The notes below the pieces were generated by a model that worked only from the letters and a program-made list of their open reading frames with translations, had not been told where the DNA came from and ran no database searches. Both the position numbers and the translations under genes were made by a program. From Macrostomum lignano (taxonomy: Eukaryota): a stretch of DNA of 64,000 bases. Of the stretch, positions 13,750-25,675 are shown piece by piece (the first letter of the stretch is position 1; every line of letters begins with the position of its first letter). The stretch covers positions 210,999 to 274,998 of the forward strand of contig NIVC01001519.1 of NCBI GenBank assembly GCA_002269645.1, read 5' to 3'.

Positions 13750-14780
13750 CACGGACCTAAACTTAAGACCTAAACTTAAAAAATCCAATATTATAAGACC
13801 TAAAAATTCATGACCTAAATATAACTAGACGTAAATTCCACTAGATCTAAATTTCACTGGACCTAAATTTCACTGGACCTAAATTTCACTAGACCTAAAT
13901 TCCACTGGACCTAAATTCCAGTAGATCTAAATTTCACTAGACCTAAATTCCAGTAGATCTAAATTTCACTAGACCTAAATTCCACTGGACCTAAATTCCA
14001 GTAGATCTAAATTTCACTAGACCTAAATTTCACTGAACCTAAATTCCAGTAGATCTAAATTTCACTAGACCTAAATTCCAGTAGATCTAAATTTCACTAG
14101 ACCTAAATTCCACTAGACCTAAATTCCAGTAGATCTAAATTTCACTAGACCTAAATTCCACTGGACCTAAATTCCAGTAGATCTAAATTTCACTAGACCT
14201 AAATTCCACTGGACCTAAATTCCAGTAGATCTAAATTTCACTAGACCTAAATTTCACTGAACCTAAATTCCAGTAGATCTAAATTTCACTAGACCTAAAT
14301 TCCAGTAGATCTAAATTTCACTAGACCTAAATTCCACTAGACCTAAATTCCAGTAGATCTAAATTTCACTAGACCTAAATTCCACTGGACCTAAATTCCA
14401 GTAGATCTAAATTTCACTAGACCTAAATTCCACTGGACCTAAATTCCAGTAGATCTAAATTTCACTAGACCTAAATTTCACTGAACCTAAATTCCAGTAG
14501 ATCTAAATTTCACTAGACCTAAATTCCAGTAGATCTAAATTTCACTAGACCTAAATTCCACTAGACCTAAATTCCAGTAGATCTAAATTTCACTAGACCT
14601 AAATTCCACTGGACCTAAATTCCAGTAGATCTAAATTTCACTGGACCTAAATTTCACTACACAAATTTCACTAGATGTAAATTCACTAGATATAAACTTT
14701 ACAAGACCTAAATTTCACTACAATTAAATTTTACTGGACCTAAATTTCAGTTGATGTGACCTAAATTTCAGTTGATGTAA
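13750..14780. repeat. 16-bp minisatellite with 224-bp higher-order repeat
   Basis: Unit acctaaatttcactag; rare variant cactgaacc at 14031, 14255 and 14479. Confidence 0.9.
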
Positions 14781-15290
14781 ATTAAAAAAAAACTTTAATT
14801 TTGCATTGCCTGAAAGTTTCAAGCATCCAATTTGAAAGCATGCATTCCGCTTACTGAAATTTAGGTCTTTGTGAATTTTGGGCATTTGAATAAGCTTTGT
14901 TCCCAGGCGATATGAATTTTGATTTTATTAAACCTATTAATAGGGAGAGAAAGACAAACAGAAGAACGAAAAAAGACTTTTCTTCTAGTTGAGTTGTGTT
15001 GGAGTACAGCGTACAACAGAAGATGCAAGTAATAAAAATATCAACCATAAAAATTTTAATTGCAAACGGTGATAACAGCAAAAAATTGCACATAAACTAA
15101 ATACATAAATACACACCATACATACATACAATATTGCGTGACCTAACAGTAAGACACAAATTCACTACATACTACTGCTTTGCTGCTTAACCGGTCAACG
15201 CACATTGGGTCGTGCGTCTATGCAGAAAAAATGTTGAATCAACAGCATTGTAGCATATTTGTCACACGATGCTTTCTCAATGTACTCTTG

Positions 15291-18200
15291 AGACGATTCT
15301 CTTGGTAGTTTAGAGACGATTCTCTTGGTAGTTTAGAGACGATTCTCTTGGTAGTTTAGAGACGATTCTAATTGTACTTTAGAGACGATTCTCTTGGTAG
15401 TTTAGAACGATTATCTTGGTAGTTTAGAGACGATTCTCTTGGTAGTTTAGAACGATTATCTTGGTAGTTTAGAGACGATTCTCTTGGTAGTTTAGAGACG
15501 ATTCTCTTGGTAGTTTAGAGACGATTATCTTGGTAGTTTAGAGACGATTATCTTGGTAGTTTAGAGACGATTCTAATTGTACTTTAGAGACGATTCTCTT
15601 GGTAGTTTAGAGACGATTATCTTGGTAGTTTAGAGACGATTATCTTGGTAGTTTAGAGACGATTCTAATTGTACTTTAGAGACGATTCTCTTGGTAGTTT
15701 AGAGACGATTATCTTGGTAGTTTAGAGACGATTCTAATTGTACTTTAGAGACGATTCTCTTGGTAGTTTAGAGACGATTATCTTGGTAGTTTAGAGACGA
15801 TTCTAATTGTACTTTAGAGACGATTCTCTTGGTAGTTTAGAGACGATTATCTTGGTAGTTTAGAGACGATTATCTTGGTAGTTTAGAGACGATTCTAATT
15901 GTACTTTAGAGACGATTATCTTGGTAGTTTAGAGACGATTATCTTGGTAGTTTAGAGACGATTATCTTGGTAGTTTAGAGACGATTCTAATTGTACTTTA
16001 GAGACGATTCTCTTGGTAGTTTAGAGACGATTATCTTGGTAGTTTAGAGACGATTCTAATTGTACTTTAGAGACGATTCTCTTGGTAGTTTAGAGACGAT
16101 TATCTTGGTAGTTTAGAGACGATTATCTTGGTAGTTTAGAGACGATTCTCTTGGTAGTTTAGAGACGATTCTCAGGGTAGTTTAGAGACGATTATCTTGG
16201 TAGTTTAGAGACGATTCTCTTGGTAGTTTAGAGACGATTCTCTTGGTAGTTTAGAGACGATTATCTTGGTAGTTTAGAGACGATTCTCTTGGTAGTTTAG
16301 AGACGATTCTCTTGGTAGTTTAGAGACGATTATCTTGGTAGTTTAGAGACGATTCTCTTGGTAGTTTAGAGACGATTCTCTTGGTAGTTTAGAGACGATT
16401 CTCTTGGTAGTTTAGAGACGATTCTCTTGGTAGTTTAGAGACGATTATCTTGGTAGTTTAGAGACGATTCTCTTGGTAGTTTAGAGACGATTCACAGGCT
16501 AGTTTAGAGACGATTCTCAGGGTAGTTTAGAGACGATTCTCTTGGTAGTTTAGAGACGATTCACAGGCTAGTTTAGAGACGATTCACAGGCTAGTTTAGA
16601 GACGATTATCTTGGTAGTTTAGAGACGATTCTCTTGGTAGTTTAGAGACGATTCTCAGGGTAGTTTAGAGACGATTCTCTTGGTAGTTTAGAGACGATTC
16701 ACAGGCTAGTTTAGAGACGATTATCTTGGTAGTTTAGAGACGATTCTCTTGGTAGTTTAGAGACGATTCTCAGGGTAGTTTAGAGACGATTCTCTTGGTA
16801 GTTTAGAGACGATTCACAGGCTAGTTTAGAGACGATTATCTTGGTAGTTTAGAGACGATTCACAGGCTAGTTTAGAGACGATTATCTTGGTAGTTTAGAG
16901 ACGATTCTCTTGGTAGTTTAGAGACGATTCTCAGGGTAGTTTAGAGACGATTCTCTTGGTAGTTTAGAGACGATTCACAGGCTAGTTTAGAGACGATTAT
17001 CTTGGTAGTTTAGAGACGATTCTCTTGGTAGTTTAGAGACGATTCTCAGGGTAGTTTAGAGACGATTCTCTTGGTAGTTTAGAGACGATTCACAGGCTAG
17101 TTTAGAGACGATTCTCTTGGTAGTTTAGAGACGATTCACAGGCTAGTTTAGAGACGATTCTCTTGGTAGTTTAGAGACGATTCACAGGCTAGTTTAGAGA
17201 CGATTCTCTTGGTAGTTTAGAGACGATTCACAGGCTAGTTTAGAGACGATTCACAGGCTAGTTTCGAGACGATTCACAGGCTAGTCTAGAGGCGATTCTC
17301 AGGGTAGTTTAGAGACGATTCTCAGGGTAGTTTAGAGACAATTATCTTGGTAGTTTAGAGACGATTCTCTTGGTAGTTTAGAGACGATTATCTTGGTAGT
17401 TTAGAGACGATTCTCTTGGTAGTTTAGAGACGATTCACAGGCTAGTTTAGAGACGATTCTCAGGGTAGTTTAGAGACGATTCTCTTGGTAGTTTAGAGAC
17501 GATTCACAGGCTAGTTAAGAGACGATTCACAGGCTAGTTTAGAGACGATTATCTTGGTAGTTTAGAGACGATTCTCTTGGTAGTTTAGAGACGATTCTCA
17601 GGGTAGTTTAGAGACGATTCTCTTGGTAGTTTAGAGACGATTCACAGGCTAGTTTAGAGACGATTATCTTGGTAGTTTAGAGACGATTCTCTTGGTAGTT
17701 TAGAGACGATTCTCAGGGTAGTTTAGAGACGATTCTCTTGGTAGTTTAGAGACGATTCACAGGCTAGTTTAGAGACGATTATCTTGGTAGTTTAGAGACG
17801 ATTCACAGGCTAGTTTAGAGACGATTATCTTGGTAGTTTAGAGACGATTCTCTTGGTAGTTTAGAGACGATTCTCAGGGTAGTTTAGAGACGATTCTCTT
17901 GGTAGTTTAGAGACGATTCACAGGCTAGTTTAGAGACGATTATCTTGGTAGTTTAGAGACGATTCTCTTGGTAGTTTAGAGACGATTCTCAGGGTAGTTT
18001 AGAGACGATTCTCTTGGTAGTTTAGAGACGATTCACAGGCTAGTTTAGAGACGATTCTCTTGGTAGTTTAGAGACGATTCACAGGCTAGTTTAGAGACGA
18101 TTCTCTTGGTAGTTTAGAGACGATTCACAGGCTAGTTTAGAGACGATTCTCTTGGTAGTTTAGAGACGATTCACAGGCTAGTTTAGAGACGATTCACAGG

Positions 18201-18340
18201 CTAGTTTCGAGACGATTCACAGGCTAGTCTAGAGGCGATTCTCAGGGTAGTTTAGAGACGATTTTCAGGGTAGTTTAGAGACAATTTTCAGGCTAGTCTA
18301 GAAGCGATTCTCAGGCTAGTCTAGAGACGATTATCAGGAT
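15291..18340. repeat. 23-bp minisatellite (3 kb)
   Basis: Unit gacgattctcttggtagtttaga with several variants. Confidence 0.95.
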
Positions 18341-18764
18341 AGTTTATTAATATCATAGAACTTTAAAATTTCAGTGTATATTGCATATGAGATTCCAAAA
18401 AGTCTCGATAAAAGCAAACATAGGCAAATAGCTAACTAATCTCCGACTTCGGAAGTTCTCCCTAAAAATAATAAATTTTATGGCTGTGGACTGCAATTTT
18501 TTCCATTATCCACGCTAGTCACTCCCTGTACTCAACCAAAGGGGAAACGCTAGACAGCCAGTGGCAGAATAAAGAGCAATTAAAGCAATTTTCCAGATCC
18601 ATACAAAAGATTTTGCTAGCGACTCTGAAAAGTTCTAGAACAAGCAATTTTTTTGGAAAAAAGCACGCCCTAGTCACATGGAATTCAAAGACACAGCATA
18701 GTTTAAAAACAGACAAAAAAGCTAAGAACTTTTTAAAACTTAAATTTTTTTAAAACTTGCTTAT

Positions 18765-19480
18765 GTCACCCATAGACTAAATGGCTTGTCTCACCCATAG
18801 ACTAAATGGCTTGTGTCACCCATAGACTACATGACTTGTGTCACCCATGGACTACATGACTTGTGTCACCCATAGACTACATGATTTTTGTCACCCATAG
18901 ACCAAATGGCTTGTCTCACCAATAGACTACATACATGACTTGTGTCACCCATAGACTAAATGGCTTGTCTCACCCATAGACTAAATGACTTGTGTCACCC
19001 ATAGACTACATGACTTGTGTCACCCATAGACTAAATGACTTGTGTCACCCATAGACTACATGACTTGTGTCACCCATAGACTACATGACTTGTGTCACCC
19101 ATAGACTAAATGGCTTGTCTCACCCATAGACTAAATGACTTGTGTCACCCATAGACTTAATGACTTGTGTCACCCATAGACTACATGACTTGTGTCACCC
19201 ATAGACTAAATGACTTGTGTCACCCATAGAATAAATGGCTTGTGTCACCCAGACTAAATGACTTGTGTCACCCATAGACTACATGACTTGTGTCACCCAT
19301 AGACTAAATGACTTGTGTCACCCATAGACTACATGACTTGTGTCACCCATAGACTAAATGACTTGTGTCACCCATAGAATAAATGGCTTGTGTCACCCAG
19401 ACTAAATGACTTGTGTCACCCATAGACTAAATGACTTGTGTCACCCATAGACTAAATGGCTTGTGTCACCCATAGACAAT
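18765..19480. repeat. 25-bp minisatellite
   Basis: Unit cacccatagactaaatgacttgtgt. Confidence 0.95.
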
Positions 19481-19859
19481 AGGGCCTTTGCCATAGACCA
19501 GCTGTTTATTGTTGAATACAAATCTATAGTATCTGCAACAGACAATCGCAATGCGCCGTCAAGAACCCACTCGAGGAACCGAATTTTTAATTTTTAAGCT
19601 ATTTTAAACGCAATTCTCACCTCAATCCATATTTTATAGCCTGTTACACATCCCGACCCCCAATCGAGCGAATCTCAATGCTTTCATCTCAGAACCCCTT
19701 TTCACTTACTCTGTCTGTCTGTCTGTTGCACCTCAAGTAGTTTAATTCATTAGCAGAGTTCAAAGAAAGGGCGTAACTCTAAGATTTATTTAAAAATTAC
19801 TTTATATGAAGGCTCGATGTCTCAATGGCGGCGTTCTTTTGAGTTATAGACACTCGTCG

Positions 19860-20115
19860 TATGGACACTTACCCCTAAATTATGGACACTAACTCCTAAA
19901 TCATGGACACTTACCCCTAAATCATGGACACTAACTCCTAAATCATGGACACTAACTCCTAAATCATGGACACTAACTCCTAAATCACGGACACTTACCC
20001 CTAAATCATGGACACTAATTCTTAAATCATAAATACTAACTCCTAAATCATGGACACTAACTCCTAAATCATGGACAATTACCCCGGTGTTATAGACACC
20101 CATCCTATGGACACT
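19860..20115. repeat. 21-bp minisatellite
   Basis: Unit atggacactaactcctaaatc. Confidence 0.9.
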
Positions 20116-20254
20116 TAACCCCTTGGTCAAGGACCCGCAATTACGTCCATCATTGCTACACTTTTACCTGCCCAGTTGCAACTACCAACTGTCCTGCATT
20201 CAAGGCGGTCCCGATAAAAAACTTTCCCACACATCAACAAGAACACAGACTGAC

Positions 20255-21957
20255 CCAGTCGGACTCGTCAGCTTCGCTTGGTCTAGCGGATGCGGAACCG
20301 TCAGCTGATGACGACTCATCGGGTGCTCCAACTTCAAATACAACATCAATGTCGCCATTCGGTTTGTTATTATCGGTGCCGAACGCACCATCACCGTTCA
20401 GTGACGATTGGAGACTGTCGGTTCTCGGTAGCGACTTTCTTGGCCGGCCCTTCTTGCCGGGTGTTCCGCCACTGAGCAACAAAGAAAAACAAGTTAAACA
20501 ACTGCTAAACTACAACTAAACAATTGAGGATTTACGAGGCTGGCCCAGCAACTGAGCATCTGGGAGGCTGGCCCAGCAACTGAGGATTTGGGAGGTTGGC
20601 TTAGGAACTGACACTCTGGGAGGCTGGCTTAGCAACTGAGCATCTGGGAGGCTGGCCCAGCAACTGACACTCTGGGAGGCTGGCCCAGCAACTGACACTC
20701 TGAGAGGCTGGCCCAGCAACTGACACTCTGGGAGGCTGGCCCAGCAACTGAGCATCTGGGAGGCTGGCCCAGCAACAGCAACTGAGCATCTGGGAGGCTG
20801 GCCCAGCAACTGAGGATCTGCATGGGAGGCTGGCCCAGCAACTGAGGATCTGGGAAGCTGGCTCAGCAACTGACGATCTGGGAGGCTGGCCCAGCAACTG
20901 AGGATCTGGGAAGCTGGCTTAGCAACTGACACTCTGGGAGGCTGGCCCAGCAACTGGGGATCTGGGAGGCTGGTGGCTCAGCAACTGACGATCTGGGAGG
21001 CTGGCCCAGCAACTGAGGATCTGCATGGGAGGCTGGCCCAGCAACTGAGGATCTGGGAGGCTGGTGGCTCAGCAACTGACGATCTGGGAGGCTGGCCCAG
21101 CAACTGAGGATCTGGGAAGCTGGCCCAGCAACTGAGCATCAGGAAGTGTGGAAACCATATCAAGATAACTTGTCGTGAATATATTCAATAAATAAGCAGC
21201 TTTGAATTAACCTTTTCTTCTTTTTCGACTCGTTAGCAGATTGGCTGGACGCCCCTTTTGAAGCGGGACGCTTCTTGGACTTGGGATTTCCGACTGCCGG
21301 GGGCGAATCGGCCGTGGCCGGCAGTGTCGGCGTGTCGGAGGCCGCACCGTCGATGACATCATCGAAGCAGTTCGGCTCTGTGCCTATCGCCGGCAACTCG
21401 GCGTCATCATCTATACTAGCAAACGCTTCTTCTTCTTTACGTTTCTGCTTTCGCTTGTTTTTCTTGTTCTTTTTCGAGTCTTTATTAAAATTATTATTGG
21501 AAGATTCGTCTTCGTCTGGGGAGGCGGAGACCGGCTCTCTGCTAGGCTTGGCCTTCTTAGCGGCGAGCACGCCGGCAAGGGTGTCGTCAAGCGTCGACAT
21601 CGACGACGAACGTCCCTCGTCGGCGACAACGTCGTCAGATGCACGTCGACGTTTGGACTTTTTCTTTTTCTTTTTGTTCGACTTCCGGACGGCGGCAACG
21701 TCGATATCAACGTCGGCGTCAAGACTATCGGCGTCGACATTGGCAGATTGCGATTCGCCCTGTTTAGTTGGCCTCTGTCGCCGACGGTTGTGACTTGATG
21801 ATTGAGGCGGCTGCGGTGGTAGCGGGCAGACTCGGATGACACGTGGCGGCGGCGGCGGCATCAGCTGTGGACTGGGCAGCTGGCCAACACAGTTGGCGGC
21901 ACTGGCGCTGTCAACAACAACAGAAGTCTGTAAAGCGCTACTCGAAGAACTGTCCAT
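20255..21957 (-). CDS. Probable N-terminal exons of the CHD gene (21957-21212 and 20471-20255), Lys/Ser/Asp-rich with an AT-hook-like motif
   Basis: ATG at 21957 in a GC-rich ORF. Donor at 21211 and acceptor before 20471 join in frame (AG+T=Ser, then GGTPGKKGRPRK). Same strand, upstream of the CHD core, but the link to exon 10064 is not phase-matched. Confidence 0.65.
20535..21140. repeat. 28-bp minisatellite
   Basis: Unit ggaggctggcccagcaactgagcatctg, filling intron 20472-21211. Confidence 0.95.
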
Positions 21958-24778
21958 GCCTGCCAGCAGATGACCTCTTGGTAGAGTTGGAAAGAAAAAT
22001 TGACTTTACAATAAGATTGCTTCGGCTAAAGAATTCACTTGATGTGACAAAAACCTGTTGATCAATTTTATTAACAAACTCATACTATCATGCTTTAATC
22101 AGAGTTGGCGAAGGTCTCATCCAAAATCTATGGATTGGCTGGTGCAGTCTGTGTGCTCATGAAAGGATATTATTTTAATGTCAAACATTTTTAACTTTTA
22201 TTTTATTATACAAATAATAGAAAAGCAAGCTAACTAAGGTAGACTAGGTATACTTGTATAATCAAAGATTATCTTTTAGGTCCTAAAATATGCTTGAATA
22301 TCTGCCCACTGATGGTATATTAGTATAGAAGAAACCAATCATCAAATATTGAAAGGATAGTAGGGTACATTTTATAACGACTTTGGACAAAATATGTATT
22401 GAAGAAACCTTATAGCATATATTCTTGATTTCCATAATGGGTCACAAAGTGACAAAGCTTTAATTTATCCTTCTTGGCTTTTATTAGAGGGGCTTTTATT
22501 ATAGGTATGAGTAAGGTTGATATTCAATTTAGATAAAAGTACTCTTGTTAAATTTATTTATAGATTCATTTGATATGTTTAAATTAGGGCCTATATAGAG
22601 TATCTAAAAAAGAAAAACTGTTTTTATTTTTGTTCACACAAAATTTTCAGTACTTTTAAATATATATCTATAATGTGTATTTAGCATATAAAATGAATAT
22701 CCACTTTGATAACTAAAACTTTGAAAAAAACCACATAGAAAAAATAGCAACTTCAATAAAAATTTTGTAGCAAATAATTTATAAGCTTTGTATTTAAAAA
22801 ATCTATAATAAAAATGTTACTAATGACAAAATTTATTAAATAAAGCATAATAGTATTATAGTATAATATATCTTATTAAAATACATGGTCAAAATGTGCT
22901 TAATAAATATCTTAACTATGCTATATCAATAGAGCAATTGGGAGCTCACAACTTTGGATTTTATATAAGGACTATGTAATAGTCTATTATTTGTAACAGT
23001 TATCCATGTATTATATGTCTATATATAAATATTAGTTTTTATATAAAAAATAGTTAACAATAACCATAGTTAAATCTATGCAAAAACTATAAAATAATGT
23101 TATAGTTGTTTTAAAAAGCAAAAAACTTTGATAACTATTTTGATAATTATTTTTATTATAAACATTTCTCCCAAACCTTATATACTAGACTATGTAACAA
23201 ATATACATGACAATCATGGCAAATAAACTAGACTACTTTTATTTGCAAATTGTTTCATTTATATTCTGACTCATAGTCATACAAACTTACTTAGAAATAT
23301 TTTAACAAGTTATTCACTTTGGACTAAATAGGGCTTGAAGTGCTAATAAAAATACTAAGAGAGAGAATTAGAGTTATACAAAAGAAGTTTAGAGAGTAAT
23401 TTTGTGAATTTCTAGTCTAGGCAATGTCTAAAGGACTAGAAAAATATATAAGACCACTTATAGGCTTTTTATATTACTAATTCCAGAACCAGAATCAGTT
23501 TGAAGTTTTACAGATTGTTTGTTCTGTTTTCAAAATCGGTTCTAGAACTGTAATCCAATTCTGGAATTTGGTTCAAGAAATTTTCTCAATCTATTGTTAT
23601 ATGTCTATAGTCTAGAAACAATAGGATGAATTTGAAATAAAATTTCAAAAAGAATACTATTTTGTCAATTTTAAATAATGTTTTTATCTTTTGAAAAGTA
23701 ATACATTTAGACAGAAATAGAATAAAAAGATTCTATGCTTTTCATTTTCCTACTGATTCTGGTTTTGGAGTCAGAATTATTTTGGTTCTAGACTCCCATA
23801 GTTTTTAGACTTCCCATACTTCTAAGACCAGAGTTATAAAGTACAATAGAGAAAGTGGATTTGGGACAACTTTGATAGCAGCCATAGTCCAGATCATGTT
23901 TAGTATATGCCAGAATGCTCTAAACCAATGCATGCCAGTGCCAAGTAGATGCATGCCAGTGCCAAGTAGATGCACACTAGCAAGCAGAGACTATGTACAC
24001 CAAACTAATATATTATAGAAAAACATATAATTTTTTACATTTAAAAATGACTTCAAAAAACTAAGTTTGCAATGTTTTTTGAAACTTTTGTAACATGCAA
24101 ATATATAATGTTTCTTTTTTGTAGAATAAAATTTACTTATCATTTAGCAATAAAAAAGTATGAATTATTGTTTTCACAACACCATGTCTTTTCACAAACT
24201 TTTGTCTCAATAAAACATGCCCAATATCATGCCAGGCCACATTCTATACTAGCTATTCTATACCATAGCATGCCAAGATACCACTTTTGGTGTGTAATAC
24301 CCAAATACACACCAATGCACGCTATAACTTTTAGGCCAAATCAAATGCACACTAGAATTTTCTGGCATGATATATGCTTTCTGGCATATAGGATAGAAGC
24401 TATTTTCTATGATAAAGTTATAATGCTTATTAGGAGGGGGGAGGGGGCTTATAGCTAATGGCTTAACAATGGGATTTAATGTAAAGATATCTAATATCAA
24501 TATATAATATAGGCTACTATGTTAGGGTATATATATTCTCCATAGTCAGGAAGATGGCCTTTGCCATAGAAAATTCTGATGCATACAAGGGGTTTAAGAT
24601 GCACTTGGCACATAATCATAGCCTATTGAAGAGGTCTATATTCTACAATGCTTTTGGACTCTTGGTACATAATCATAGTACACACAAAAAAGTTCCTCTC
24701 CTTCCTGATGCAGTGATGCACTTGGTACATAAAAACTAAAAAGTTTTATAAATAGTATATAAAATATGAAAAATAATA

Positions 24779-25675
24779 GGCAGTGCTTATCCCCATGGTA
24801 CCGTAGGAATAATTTCTGTCTTTTTCCAATGGTACCGTGGGAATAATTTTCTACTTATCCGCACGGCACACTGATGAGATAGCTGCCCTATCTTCTACAT
24901 ATGCTGTGGGAATAATTTTCTGCTTATCCGCATGGCATACTGATTAGATAGGGCGAATTGTTAAAGCAATGCAATTGCATATATCTATACAAACAAATTG
25001 CTAATTTACATGTCTAGTAGAAGTCTACAACAGAAGCGGCAATGCACTTTTCGGTATGATCTCGGGATTATACTTTGCTAAAAATTCAAATAATAAACAA
25101 TTACTAGAGCAATATACCTTAAATCATACATCATAAATACAAAAAAAGTTTTTTTGCATAAAAAGGCAATTAAATCTTTACTTCTATAAAACTAATGGCC
25201 AAGCAAAGTTATGTTATTATACTGCACTTAAACCGTAAGTACTAAACTAAATTATTCCCACAGCACCTGATTGCAGCGCATGGGCATTTTGGCGGACGGC
25301 GTCCGGCGCGGATCTAATACGGCGCGGCGCGGCGCGTACGGCGCGCGGCGATTAGTACGGCGTGGCGCGGTACTAATTAGATGCCGAGGCATTTAGGCTT
25401 GATAAGACAGTCATAGTTACTCCTGCCGTTTACCCAAAACTGCGTTAATTTTGCTTTAGAGTTTCTTTCATAGGTAAGTCATTTCACAGCGTGGCGCAGG
25501 TTGTGTAGGCGTCTGGCGTACTTAAGCCATGCGCTGCAATAGGGCCACAGCATATGTAAAAGATGAGGCAGCTATCTCGTCAGTGTGCCATGCGGATAAG
25601 TAGAAAATTATCCCCACGGTACCGTTGGAATAAGACAGAAATTATTTCTACGGTACCGTGGGAATAAGCACTGCC
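24779..25675. mobile_element. Non-autonomous TIR element, Mutator/MULE-like
   Basis: About 130-bp imperfect TIRs starting GGCAGTGCTTAT, flanked by the 9-bp direct repeat AAAATAATA (24770-24778 and 25676-25684). Confidence 0.8.
25266..25544. mobile_element. About 280-bp MITE (CCCTATTG-type ends) nested in the MULE right TIR, carrying an antisense 28S-derived cassette
   Basis: Ends cctgattgcagcgcatgg / ccatgcgctgcaataggg with a duplicated target CCACAGC(A). Removing it restores the MULE TIR sequence attcccacagcatatg. Confidence 0.75.

Noticed and set aside
22320-22510. Possible decayed ORF whose stops could be C-to-T products
   Set aside because: Stop density is about what AT-rich random sequence gives; no recognisable motif.
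23481-23770. 17/18-bp inverted repeat with decayed CCGGAACC-like motifs
   Set aside because: Probably a MITE relic, but termini and TSD could not be defined.
25371-25440. Calling the 28S-like segments rRNA genes
   Set aside because: Only about 64 nt, mutated, and embedded in TIR elements; no surrounding rDNA.
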